Origin: an uncultured Sulfolobales archaeon
GTDB taxonomy: Archaea > Thermoproteota > Thermoprotei_A > Sulfolobales > Desulfurococcaceae
NCBI GenBank assembly: GCA_938045475.1
Contig: CALIML010000015.1
Span: 4,889 to 68,888 of the forward strand
Direction: 5' to 3'
Length of the DNA: 64,000 nt
The translations under genes were made by a program, and so were the position numbers. Numbering within the stretch: position 1 is the stretch's first letter; the number at the start of each line of letters is the position of its first letter. Below, in pieces: positions 28,078 through 37,182 of this stretch. The notes beneath the pieces are model-generated. The model did no database searches and was not told the origin of the DNA. It saw nothing but the letters and a program-made list of their open reading frames with translations.

Positions 28078-28626
28078 GTGAACCCATTGGTTTTCGGTAA
28101 AAGGAGAGATCCAGTGAAGCTCGCCTTTAAAACTCTGGCTGCGCTGAGGCACATGCACTTAAGGCTCAGCAACATGATGTCTAGAATTGAAGGCAGGAGG
28201 CAGTACTTGCTTGAGAAAGCCGTTCAATTGGAGGAAATGAACCACCATATCTTAGCGGGAAGGTATGTTGAGGAAGCCTCTAGACTTGAAGCATTGATGG
28301 ATAGAGTTGGCTCCATGGCTCTTGTGGTTGAGAAAGTGATATTAGCATTAGAGACTAACATAGAGATGAGGAGGTTGAAGGATGGGTTAAAGGATATAAT
28401 AGAGATTGTTGAACAATTAAAGAAGCTGCCTGAAGCAACGATCCCTGAATTAGCTATAGCAATACATGAAGTTGAAGCAAATGTAAGGGAGTTAGCTGAA
28501 ATAGATCTCGGCGGGCTGGAGCCCTCCATTACACAGCTAGCACCCTCTCAAAACGCCGTTGAGTTACTGAAGGAGGCAAAGGAAATAGCGCAGAAACGCC
28601 TCTCAACAACTCTCACTCCACCGTAA
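28078..28626 (+). CDS. ESCRT-III/Snf7-like (CdvB-family) coiled-coil protein
   Basis: 182 aa, all-helical. The heptad pattern and the block VVEKVILALETNIEMRRLKDGLKDIIEIVEQLKKLPEATIPEL resemble archaeal Snf7-family proteins. This is assigned by eye only. Confidence 0.45.
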   Translation: MNPLVFGKRRDPVKLAFKTLAALRHMHLRLSNMMSRIEGRRQYLLEKAVQLEEMNHHILAGRYVEEASRLEALMDRVGSMALVVEKVILALETNIEMRRLKDGLKDIIEIVEQLKKLPEATIPELAIAIHEVEANVRELAEIDLGGLEPSITQLAPSQNAVELLKEAKEIAQKRLSTTLTPP

Positions 28627-28733
28627 GCTAGATTGGTTTAGCCTTAAGTGAATTATTTAAGGACTATTATTACATCTATAAATATGCAAGCCGTTGAGAG
28701 AGCTCTATTAGTGACACAACTTAGGGTGATGCA

Positions 28734-30044
28734 TTGAGCTTAGGCGTAGTGTTGCTGGAGACTCCTTGGACAAGGTATAGTGTGAATGTACTTACTGCAG
28801 CTCTTGAGTCAAGAAGCCGGGTGAGAGTCCACGTTCTCAGCTTATTAAAGGGCTTTGAGTCTATCCATGAGTTAAGGATGAAGTACGATAAGCTTCTAGT
28901 AGGTATATCACTCAATACGTACATGCTGACAAGGGATGAAGTATTAAAGAGCCTGCTGCTATTAAGGAACTTGAAGAACAGCAATACACTAGCTGTTGCT
29001 GGAGGACCTCATGCAACAGGAGATCCTTTAGGAACTCTACTCAGCTTAGGCTTCGATGCTGCAGTAATTGGTGAAGGAGAGGAATCATTTTTAGAAATAG
29101 CAGCTGCATTAACCGAAGGCGACGACATACACAGAGTGAGAGGATTAGCCGCAGTAATTGATGGAAAACCATTGTTTACAGGCACTAGGGGGAGAATAAG
29201 CCTGGACGACTATCCACCATTCCCACACTGGAGGGGGGTGGTGAACCCTATTGAAATAGCCCGCGGATGCCCCTACGGATGTTCTTACTGCCAAGTCAGC
29301 TACATGCATGGGTTTAAACAAAGGTATAGAAGCATAGAATGCATTGTTGAATATGCTGCTCTAGCAGCTAAGCTAGGGTTCCGTGACTTGAGGTTCATAA
29401 CCCCCAACGGCCTTGGGTACGGCGCTGAAGAACCTGGAAAACCAAGGTTTGACGTAATTGAAGAGCTCCTTGAAAAATTGAGGAGGAAGGTAGTGGAAGT
29501 CTATGGAGCAAGGATATTCTACGGCTCTTTCCCAAGTGAAGTTAGGCCGGAGTATGTTACTGAAGAATTTGCTAGAATGCTGAAGAAATATGCATCAAAT
29601 AAGAGGGTAATTGTTGGAGCTCAATCGGGGAGTGAGAGGGTTTTAAAAGCCATAAGGAGGGGGCATACTATTGATGATGTTTACGAAGCGTTTGCTGCAC
29701 TAACTAAAGCTGGCTTTAGAGTTGATGTAGACTTTATACTTGGATTTCCATGGGAAAGCGAGGATGACTATAATGAAACTCTAAAAGCCATCGAGCGTTT
29801 AGCCAGCATGGGCGCTGTAATACACTTACATTCATTCATACCTCTACCCGGCACGCCTCTTGCTGCAGCTGAGCCAAGGCCTCTACCCAATTGGGTTAAG
29901 AGGAGGGTGGGTAAGCTTATTGGAAGTGGGAGAGCCTATGGAGCCTGGATGAGCCAGGAGTCCATTAGCTTAAAGATAGTTGAATTAAGGAAGAGGGGGA
30001 TAATACTTACTGGCTCTAAACATTGTAGGAGGTGGAGTGCGTGA
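28734..30044 (+). CDS. B12-binding-domain / radical SAM domain protein (TIGR04013-like)
   Basis: 436 aa. An N-terminal Rossmann-like B12-binding-type region is followed by the CxxxCxxC motif in IEIARGCPYGCSYCQVSY. Confidence 0.8.
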   Translation: MSLGVVLLETPWTRYSVNVLTAALESRSRVRVHVLSLLKGFESIHELRMKYDKLLVGISLNTYMLTRDEVLKSLLLLRNLKNSNTLAVAGGPHATGDPLGTLLSLGFDAAVIGEGEESFLEIAAALTEGDDIHRVRGLAAVIDGKPLFTGTRGRISLDDYPPFPHWRGVVNPIEIARGCPYGCSYCQVSYMHGFKQRYRSIECIVEYAALAAKLGFRDLRFITPNGLGYGAEEPGKPRFDVIEELLEKLRRKVVEVYGARIFYGSFPSEVRPEYVTEEFARMLKKYASNKRVIVGAQSGSERVLKAIRRGHTIDDVYEAFAALTKAGFRVDVDFILGFPWESEDDYNETLKAIERLASMGAVIHLHSFIPLPGTPLAAAEPRPLPNWVKRRVGKLIGSGRAYGAWMSQESISLKIVELRKRGIILTGSKHCRRWSA

Positions 30045-31285
30045 ACGACTTAAATGAGTTTGCCGACATATCTAAAGAAATATATGATCTCTCTACTCAA
30101 GCTCTAGAAGTCATAAGGAAGTACGTACATAGGACTCCCATGATAAGCATAGCGAGCCTTAATGAAGAGGTTGGAAAGAGCGTTGCGCTAAAGCTTGAGA
30201 ACATGCAGAAAACGGGTTCCTTCAAGGTTCGTGGAGCACTCTTCAAGATCCATAGATTAGTTGAAAGAACGAATTTAAAAGGAGTAGTGACTGCTTCATC
30301 AGGAAACCATGCTCAAGGAGTTGCCTACGCTGCAAAAGCCTTTGGAGTACGCGCAGTAATAGTCATGCCTGAAACAGCTAGCCCAACTAAAGTAAATGCC
30401 ACTAAGAGCTATGGAGCTGAAGTTGTTCTACATGGAAAGATCTATGACGATGCGTACGCCAGGGCTTTAGCCATAGCTTCTGAGAAGGGGTACGAATTCA
30501 TTCATCCATTTGACGATGTTGAAGTCATAGCTGGTCAGGGGACTGTAGCGCTGGAAATAGTTGATGAAGTCGGGTGTCCAGATGAAGTTCTCACACCAGT
30601 AGGCGGCGGCGGATTGGCTTCGGGAATTGCAGTTGTTATGAAGAATCTTTGCGGAAATTCAAGAGTCATCGGCGTACAGCCTTTAGTTGCATCAACTATG
30701 AAGCGCTTTCTAAGAGGCGATGTGAGTTATACGCCGCACTATAGCATAGCTGATGGAGTCGTAGTAAAGAAGCCTGGTGAAATTACTTCCAAAATTATAA
30801 GAGCACTCATAGACGACATAGTCTTAGTAGACGAAGAGCATATTTCAAGAGCTGTATTCTTTCTACTAGAGAGAGGTAAGATAATTGCTGAAGGTGCAGG
30901 CGCTTTAGCTACAGCAGCTCTCCTGTCGAAAACACATGAGCCATGCGGAGACTTTATTACAGCAGTAATTAGTGGAGGCAACATAGATCCACCCTTACTC
31001 TCCAGGATAATAATGCATGAAATGGCTAAAGCTGGCAGACTAGTAGCCATAGAGGGGGTGGTGGACGATAAGCCGGGAGTTTTACATGATGTGCTCGAAG
31101 TACTAGCCATTAATAACATAAATGTAGTTGATGTAAGACACGATAGATACTCCCCCCAGATGCTTCCAACCAAAGCTATTGTTGAAATAGTCTTTGAAGC
31201 ATTATCGTACAGCAGTGTTGAAGATGCTTTAGGAAGCCTTGGGAAGAAGGGGTTTAAGTTTAGGGTAAAGCACCTGGCTTATTAA
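30032..31285 (+). CDS. Threonine ammonia-lyase (threonine dehydratase) with C-terminal ACT-like domain
   Basis: 417 aa with the PLP-lysine motif GSFKVRGA, SSGNHAQG and the GGGGL loop. The start overlaps the upstream radical SAM gene by 13 nt. Confidence 0.85.
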   Translation: MECVNDLNEFADISKEIYDLSTQALEVIRKYVHRTPMISIASLNEEVGKSVALKLENMQKTGSFKVRGALFKIHRLVERTNLKGVVTASSGNHAQGVAYAAKAFGVRAVIVMPETASPTKVNATKSYGAEVVLHGKIYDDAYARALAIASEKGYEFIHPFDDVEVIAGQGTVALEIVDEVGCPDEVLTPVGGGGLASGIAVVMKNLCGNSRVIGVQPLVASTMKRFLRGDVSYTPHYSIADGVVVKKPGEITSKIIRALIDDIVLVDEEHISRAVFFLLERGKIIAEGAGALATAALLSKTHEPCGDFITAVISGGNIDPPLLSRIIMHEMAKAGRLVAIEGVVDDKPGVLHDVLEVLAINNINVVDVRHDRYSPQMLPTKAIVEIVFEALSYSSVEDALGSLGKKGFKFRVKHLAY

Positions 31286-31289
31286 GTTC

Positions 31290-31934
31290 TTAAAACTTAG
31301 AGAAATATTCTCTAACTACACCTACAACTTCCCATAAGTTGTTGACGTAGCTTCTTGCATTAACGCAATTACTGCAAGTACTCATAGCTATTGGAAGTCC
31401 TACTACTTTAAAGACCTCTTCATCCCACTCGCTATCGCCTACGTAAGCCACTTTCTCCACACCTATTCCAAAGGATCTAGCTAAAGACTTCACTATGTAG
31501 GGTTTTTCAAGTAGTGGAACCCAGTCTTTTCCGCCGGGAACGAGCTCGTCATTAATGAACAGGAGTTCATTGTATAAGCAGATGTCTGCTCCAACATCTA
31601 TACAGACTCTTTTAACTAACATGTCTATTCCACTGCTAACTATTCCTACAATAAAGCCGTATTGCTTTAATATTTTAAAAACTGCGTATGATTCGGGCCT
31701 TATCTTCGTCTTACTCAGTATTTCCTCCACCAATTTTCTCATTATGGGTCTACCCCAGGAGTTGATCATTAATGTTATATCCATCTTCATCCAATCAAGG
31801 TAGTTAATGATGTTTCTTTTATATAGTTCGGCTACTTGCGAATCACTTGATCCAAAGTACTTGTGGAGTAGTTGCCAACTACTGTCATCTTCTGTGAGCA
31901 CTCCATCAAAGTCAAATATCACTAAGCCCTTCAA
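31290..31934 (-). CDS. HAD-superfamily hydrolase (phosphoserine phosphatase-like)
   Basis: 214 aa with HAD motif I VIFDFDGVLT and motif IV YVGDSEWD. Confidence 0.75.
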   Translation of the reverse strand: MKGLVIFDFDGVLTEDDSSWQLLHKYFGSSDSQVAELYKRNIINYLDWMKMDITLMINSWGRPIMRKLVEEILSKTKIRPESYAVFKILKQYGFIVGIVSSGIDMLVKRVCIDVGADICLYNELLFINDELVPGGKDWVPLLEKPYIVKSLARSFGIGVEKVAYVGDSEWDEEVFKVVGLPIAMSTCSNCVNARSYVNNLWEVVGVVREYFSKF

Positions 31935-31946
31935 TATAGAGCACCG

Positions 31947-32582
31947 CTAGTGAAAAGCCTTAATGAACTTACCTAAGTACTCTACTAATTCACTTAAAGA
32001 TTTATACTTTTTACTTATGGAAATCCTCGCATCCAGCTTCAATCCCTCCTCAGTCTTTGTAATCAGGAGCTCGAGGAAATCAGTCTTTATGCTAATTGCA
32101 TCCTTATCTATAGCTATATGTGCTTTAGGCACAGCATTCTCAACCTCCCTCCTTATGGTTTCAACAGTTCTAATCCAGTCATCTTCAGTAAGCTGTAAAT
32201 GAGTCTCTCGACTCCTTAGTTCACTAAGCCTTCTCTTACATGCCTCTACGACTGCAGCGTGCTCACTATATTTCTCAATGGTTTCCTCAAGTATTTTCTC
32301 AGCGACTTCAGTGGCTTTAGCTGATTTAAGTACTGAGATAGTTATATCGAAGTCCTTGCTTAACAGGTATTCAGATAAGCCCTTTAAATCCCCTCCATAA
32401 ATGCCGAAGTTGTAGACGTTTTCTGCTCTATAGAGCAACTGCCTTACTTCATTGAGTACTTGTATTAAGTTCTTTGCCCCCTCTACGCGCCCCCTCCATA
32501 ACTCACTGTACTCACTTAATATAGGGTTTACTATGTGTCTCAAGAAATCGATCTTCACCAATTTAAACACCTGTAAAATCAC
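31947..32582 (-). CDS. Hypothetical helical protein
   Basis: 211-aa ORF with a coiled-coil-like Glu/Lys/Arg-rich composition. It contains RSRETH (an Rx4H pattern), which may be fortuitous. Confidence 0.45.
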   Translation of the reverse strand: MILQVFKLVKIDFLRHIVNPILSEYSELWRGRVEGAKNLIQVLNEVRQLLYRAENVYNFGIYGGDLKGLSEYLLSKDFDITISVLKSAKATEVAEKILEETIEKYSEHAAVVEACKRRLSELRSRETHLQLTEDDWIRTVETIRREVENAVPKAHIAIDKDAISIKTDFLELLITKTEEGLKLDARISISKKYKSLSELVEYLGKFIKAFH

Positions 32583-32780
32583 TTAAACTCAACTCCTTAA
32601 TTAATTTAGTAATCTGTCTGGCAAGCAGCTTTCCATGATAGGTGCCTGTAGGCATTCATTCACTCTTGCTTAATGAGCTCTCAACAATGGCTTTGAAGTA
32701 CTAGCTTAGAAGAAGCCCTTAGCTTGCTCCTCTTAAGTAACGCTGTGGAACTAGGTGGACTAGGTGCTGCTTCAAAACGT

Positions 32781-33206
32781 CTACGGCTTAGGGCTTCCTC
32801 TAATGACTCTAAACCTAGTCTTTAGACCCTCTGAAAGCATTATTATTGAGGCAGTAATTGATGTAAATATGGCTAGTAGTTTATCTGGATTTGATCCCCT
32901 AATGATTGCCAGCATAGTCTCTCCTATAGCTATGCCCATGAAGAACGCTGAGTATATGATTAACCTTGGCACAAGCTTTCTTCCAATGATTGCGAATCCA
33001 TTTAACAACATTACCTTAGATACTCTATATCCATCGATGTCTCTTTTAACTAATCCAAGTTCTTCGAGTTTCCTTAAGTGGTAGAGGACGGTGCTAGCAG
33101 GCATGTCCAGCGCCCTAGCGATATCTCTTACCCCCATAGGTCCTTCTCCTTCAAGTAAGTAGACGTATATTCTTAAAGACGTCTTGTTGATTTCATCACT
33201 ATACAA
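32781..33206 (-). CDS. Membrane-anchored winged-helix (ArsR-like) transcriptional regulator
   Basis: 141 aa. N-terminal wHTH (GVRDIARALDMPASTVLYHLRKLEELGLV) is followed by two hydrophobic helices. Confidence 0.7.
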   Translation of the reverse strand: MYSDEINKTSLRIYVYLLEGEGPMGVRDIARALDMPASTVLYHLRKLEELGLVKRDIDGYRVSKVMLLNGFAIIGRKLVPRLIIYSAFFMGIAIGETMLAIIRGSNPDKLLAIFTSITASIIMLSEGLKTRFRVIRGSPKP

Positions 33207-33320
33207 GCTATAGCCCCAAATTATACAGGGCTTGCCAATTAAAAACGTTATTCATGCAGTCAGTTGAACAATCGTAATTCAATGGCTTGAGCTATATACT
33301 AGTCAATGCTAAAGTAACGC

Positions 33321-35498
33321 TTGGTGAGAGCTGTGGATAAGAACAGATATGCAGCATTAGCGCTACTGGCTTTAACTATCGGCATGATGCTTCCAATAGC
33401 AGTTAACTACATTTATCAACTAAGTGAATCCAAGCATATGATTCCCCCAATTACTCCGCCAACAATAATAACTAGGCCGAGCAACGCTAGTTGGCCTGGA
33501 GGAGCATTCCAAGTCTTTACTGGGTTAAAGGGCTTCAATACCTATGAAGACTTAGTTAACTACATTAACGTAGTTAAAAGCATGGAGAGAGAGGTAACTG
33601 AGTTACTGGGAGCTAACTTATTCTATACTCTAGTAAGGCCTTTAGCCACTACTCTTACTGAAGGCGCTGCTGTAAAGGAAGCGGCGAGAGCTTCAACAAC
33701 TAATGTGCAGGTAGTTGGAGTAGATGAATTAGACTACGTTAAAAACGATGGGGAAGTGATCGCAGTATCATTAGGTAACTTCATATACATAGTCAGTGCT
33801 GTGGAGAGAAGAGTGGTGAGCGTAATAGATTTAGGTAATGCATACTGTAGAGGACTCTTCCTAAGTGGAGGCAAGCTTATAGTCATATTTGAGGAGTCCA
33901 TTAGCTTAAGCACGAGCTTTATAGATGAATGCAACTGCATAGCTATTCCTGCAGGAACTGTTAATACTGGTGTGAATGTATACAGCTTAGATAATGTAAG
34001 TAACCCAGTTCTCCTGCTGAACACTTCAATAACGGGGTCTGTAGTTAGCGCTAGAATGACTGGTTCTAGAGTATACTTAGTAACGGCCATGCCTATAGAG
34101 CTAGCTGCTTCAACAACTCCTAAGGTGTCTGTTCCACTAATTGACGAGAGGCCCATGCCTCCCCAGAGCATAATGGCAGTTGATCGTGAGCCCAGCGTTT
34201 ACACAAACATACTAGCACTAGACGTCAATAGCCTAGAGTACACGGCATACGCATTTCTAACTGGGCCTAGTAGCTGGATGTATATGACTCCCAATAGACT
34301 CTACCTAGCTGCCTCTAGATCGCTAACTACGTATGAGGCCTACGTAAAAGCATTTGATTCGCTGACTGGTTACTTGCCCAGCGATGTATCTAATGAAGTA
34401 CTTAACGCACTAGCGCTAGGTGATTTAAGTAAGTGCGTTGAATCTATTTCGAGATACTTCAATACACTTAAGTACGACGACGTTGCTAAAATAATTGATT
34501 CAGTCAATAAAGAACTCTGCGAGAAGCCCCTTGGGGATGAAACGATATTCTATGTATTCAATGTAAGTGGAATTAACGTAACTTACGCTGGAGACTTCAG
34601 TGTAGAGGGACACGTACTGGATCAATTCTCAATGGAGGAAATGGGCGAATACTTCGTGGCAGCTACTACTTCGTTTAACTCAACTGCTCAAATAGCTTTT
34701 ACGTATGTTAAAACACCTAGCGCAGACCCAATAGGTGAAATTACTGTAATTGCATGTACAAGAGGTGTTTGTACTACTGAGACTGTAAAAACCTATGGAG
34801 GAAGCAGTGGGTTAGAGCAACAAAGTTACTACTGGCTCTACGTCTACATAGCTCCTATAGGCGAGACTGTAAACAACGTCTTCATAATTAGCTTAAGTAA
34901 CTTAAGTGTAGTTAGCTCAATTAAGGGCCTAGCCCCCGGCGAGAGAATATATTCTGCAAGACTATTGAAGAACGTGCTGTACTTAGTTACATTCAGGCAA
35001 GTAGATCCTTTATACGCAATAGATTTAAGCAGCCCCGAAAACCCCAAGGTGCTGGGTTATCTAAAAATCCCTGGGTTTAGCGAATACTTACACCCAATCA
35101 ATAGCGATAAGTTATTAGGCATAGGCGTTGAGTCCGGGGAGCTAAAGATATCGCTGTTCGACATAAGTGATCCGAGGGCTATGAGCTCCATTTCTGAAGT
35201 CAAGATCCCCAATAGCTATAGCCCAGTACTATATGACCACCATGCATTCACTCTAGATCCAAATTATGAATCAGTGTATCTACCTGTACGGTGGTATGGG
35301 GATGCATATAGTGGAGTGTTGGTAGTGTCATACTCTAATGATGTGCTGAGAGTTAGGGGTTTGCTCAGTCACAGTGAAGCCTCTAGAGCTATATACATAG
35401 GGGACGAGATCTACACTGTATCTGGGTCTTTGATAAAGGTCTTCAATGCAGTAACTCTAAATGAAGTTGGCTTAATACCGTTAACTCTATTTAGATAA
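33321..35498 (+). CDS. Secreted/anchored beta-propeller domain protein (Beta_propel PF09826-like)
   Basis: 725 aa with an N-terminal TM/signal anchor. The block NVQVVGVDELDYVKNDGEVIAV and the C-terminal repeats resemble the beta-propeller family found in archaea and Firmicutes. Confidence 0.55.
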   Translation: MVRAVDKNRYAALALLALTIGMMLPIAVNYIYQLSESKHMIPPITPPTIITRPSNASWPGGAFQVFTGLKGFNTYEDLVNYINVVKSMEREVTELLGANLFYTLVRPLATTLTEGAAVKEAARASTTNVQVVGVDELDYVKNDGEVIAVSLGNFIYIVSAVERRVVSVIDLGNAYCRGLFLSGGKLIVIFEESISLSTSFIDECNCIAIPAGTVNTGVNVYSLDNVSNPVLLLNTSITGSVVSARMTGSRVYLVTAMPIELAASTTPKVSVPLIDERPMPPQSIMAVDREPSVYTNILALDVNSLEYTAYAFLTGPSSWMYMTPNRLYLAASRSLTTYEAYVKAFDSLTGYLPSDVSNEVLNALALGDLSKCVESISRYFNTLKYDDVAKIIDSVNKELCEKPLGDETIFYVFNVSGINVTYAGDFSVEGHVLDQFSMEEMGEYFVAATTSFNSTAQIAFTYVKTPSADPIGEITVIACTRGVCTTETVKTYGGSSGLEQQSYYWLYVYIAPIGETVNNVFIISLSNLSVVSSIKGLAPGERIYSARLLKNVLYLVTFRQVDPLYAIDLSSPENPKVLGYLKIPGFSEYLHPINSDKLLGIGVESGELKISLFDISDPRAMSSISEVKIPNSYSPVLYDHHAFTLDPNYESVYLPVRWYGDAYSGVLVVSYSNDVLRVRGLLSHSEASRAIYIGDEIYTVSGSLIKVFNAVTLNEVGLIPLTLFR

Positions 35499-35509
35499 AC
35501 CATTTTTAT

Positions 35510-36283
35510 TTAAGCCTTTAACTTTATTACCACTGGTTTTACTCCCTCCTTATCTATCGTGAATAGAGTCCAGCCAGTCCTGTGGCTTACGCCCTTCATT
35601 TTCTTCACCATTACTTGCCTGAGAGGTATGGGGAGCTCTATCCCCACAGGTGTTTGAGCCACAGTCTCAGCTTCTATTACTCCATCAACTACGTAATCTA
35701 AAGTATTTGCGAACACTCTTGTATCCTCAGTTGATGTATGTAGAATGACTATAGTCATTATGCCTCTGGCCTTAGCTATGTTTGCCCTTAGTTCTCTAAC
35801 TAGTTCACTCACTTTAGATGCTTCACTATAAGCCATTACTTCATTTAATGAGTCGAAGATTAAGAGCCCTCTATTTATTGCGCCAACTCCATCAATTACA
35901 TTAATTACTCTTGAGACTAGAGCATCAATGTTCTGAGGATTAACCTCTTCTACTACTATTGGACAGCGCTTTTTCGCCTTACCCCTAATTCTAAAGCTAT
36001 AGCCATCTATTGCAAACAACTTATTCTCGTCTTTAAGCTTTAGCGGGTCAATGCCTAGTGAACTAAGGTTGTCAACGAGTGTTTCAGGATCATCGTCTAA
36101 TTCTACAAAGAATACTTCTTCACCTCTTGAAATAAACTCTCTAGCAATATGCATTGTGATGATGCTCTTGCCGCTTCCGCCACTGCCTTCAATTAATATA
36201 AGTGAGTTCCTAAGCACTCCCTCTGGAAGAATATAGTTGAGTACATCTACTCCAAGCCCAACTCTCTCAATCAATTCGCTCAC
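35510..36283 (-). CDS. KaiC/RecA-superfamily ATPase (single domain)
   Basis: 257 aa with Walker A LIEGSGGSGKS and Walker B LLIFDSL. Confidence 0.7.
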   Translation of the reverse strand: MSELIERVGLGVDVLNYILPEGVLRNSLILIEGSGGSGKSIITMHIAREFISRGEEVFFVELDDDPETLVDNLSSLGIDPLKLKDENKLFAIDGYSFRIRGKAKKRCPIVVEEVNPQNIDALVSRVINVIDGVGAINRGLLIFDSLNEVMAYSEASKVSELVRELRANIAKARGIMTIVILHTSTEDTRVFANTLDYVVDGVIEAETVAQTPVGIELPIPLRQVMVKKMKGVSHRTGWTLFTIDKEGVKPVVIKLKA

Positions 36284-36486
36284 CGTAGAGCTAGTTCCTT
36301 GAGGAGTATTAAGTACTGACTCTCTATTAACTTAATGTCAATTTCCCACCATCAACATTGGCTGCTAGGTAAAACGGGACGCGAGCTGTCCACAACGCCA
36401 TAATTTCCGCATATCGTGATTTTATGGGACTGGAGTGGGACAACATTTTTATACTCTAGCATCTATAGTTACTTTCGTTAACGAAT

Positions 36487-36891
36487 ATGTGGAGCATGGG
36501 AGTACTTATGTCTATTGATGTAGATGATGAGTATAAGCCAAGTGCGTCAGCAAGTAGTTCAAACACTTTTAAAGAACGTTGGCTTATGGTTAACTCAAGC
36601 AATTACGCAGAGGCGTTGGGCACACTTAATGATATATGTAGGACGACGGGGTTTATGTGCTATGATCCATTAAACGCAGTTGACGTCAATATGTCCTTAG
36701 CATGGGCTGAAACCCTTCAGTATTTAGATGACCCCGTTGCATGCATTAAAAGCATAGAGTGCTGTGAATTGATCGAGAGCTTTGTGAAAGTAGTTAAAAT
36801 AGCCACAGAGTCCTCATACATTTACTTAATAGATCTAGCGAAGTTAGAGAAAGTGTTTGCAGAACTAAGAGCCGTAATTAAATCTCAGTAA
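36487..36891 (+). CDS. Hypothetical protein
   Basis: 134-aa acidic, Cys-containing ORF with no recognisable motif. Confidence 0.35.
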   Translation: MWSMGVLMSIDVDDEYKPSASASSSNTFKERWLMVNSSNYAEALGTLNDICRTTGFMCYDPLNAVDVNMSLAWAETLQYLDDPVACIKSIECCELIESFVKVVKIATESSYIYLIDLAKLEKVFAELRAVIKSQ

Positions 36892-37182
36892 ACAATGTGC
36901 TTCATTAATTCTTGATCCTCTAAGAGAGTTCCTTCTAGCCAATGCATTAGAGCGCTTGTGAAGCAAAAGCTTTTATGCCCACAACATCTCTAGCTGAATT
37001 CAAGTCCTCTATCCATAATTCCGGCAGCTACTTCATGTAGGTTCACATTGTAATGCAGCCGCTAGAAAGATCGATGCTGAGTTACTCGTAGATTAAATGC
37101 ACTCTGTACGTAGTCAATATATCATAAATACTTAAATACTGAAACCCACACACTGACTTCTAATACGAAAGAAGTAGGACTA

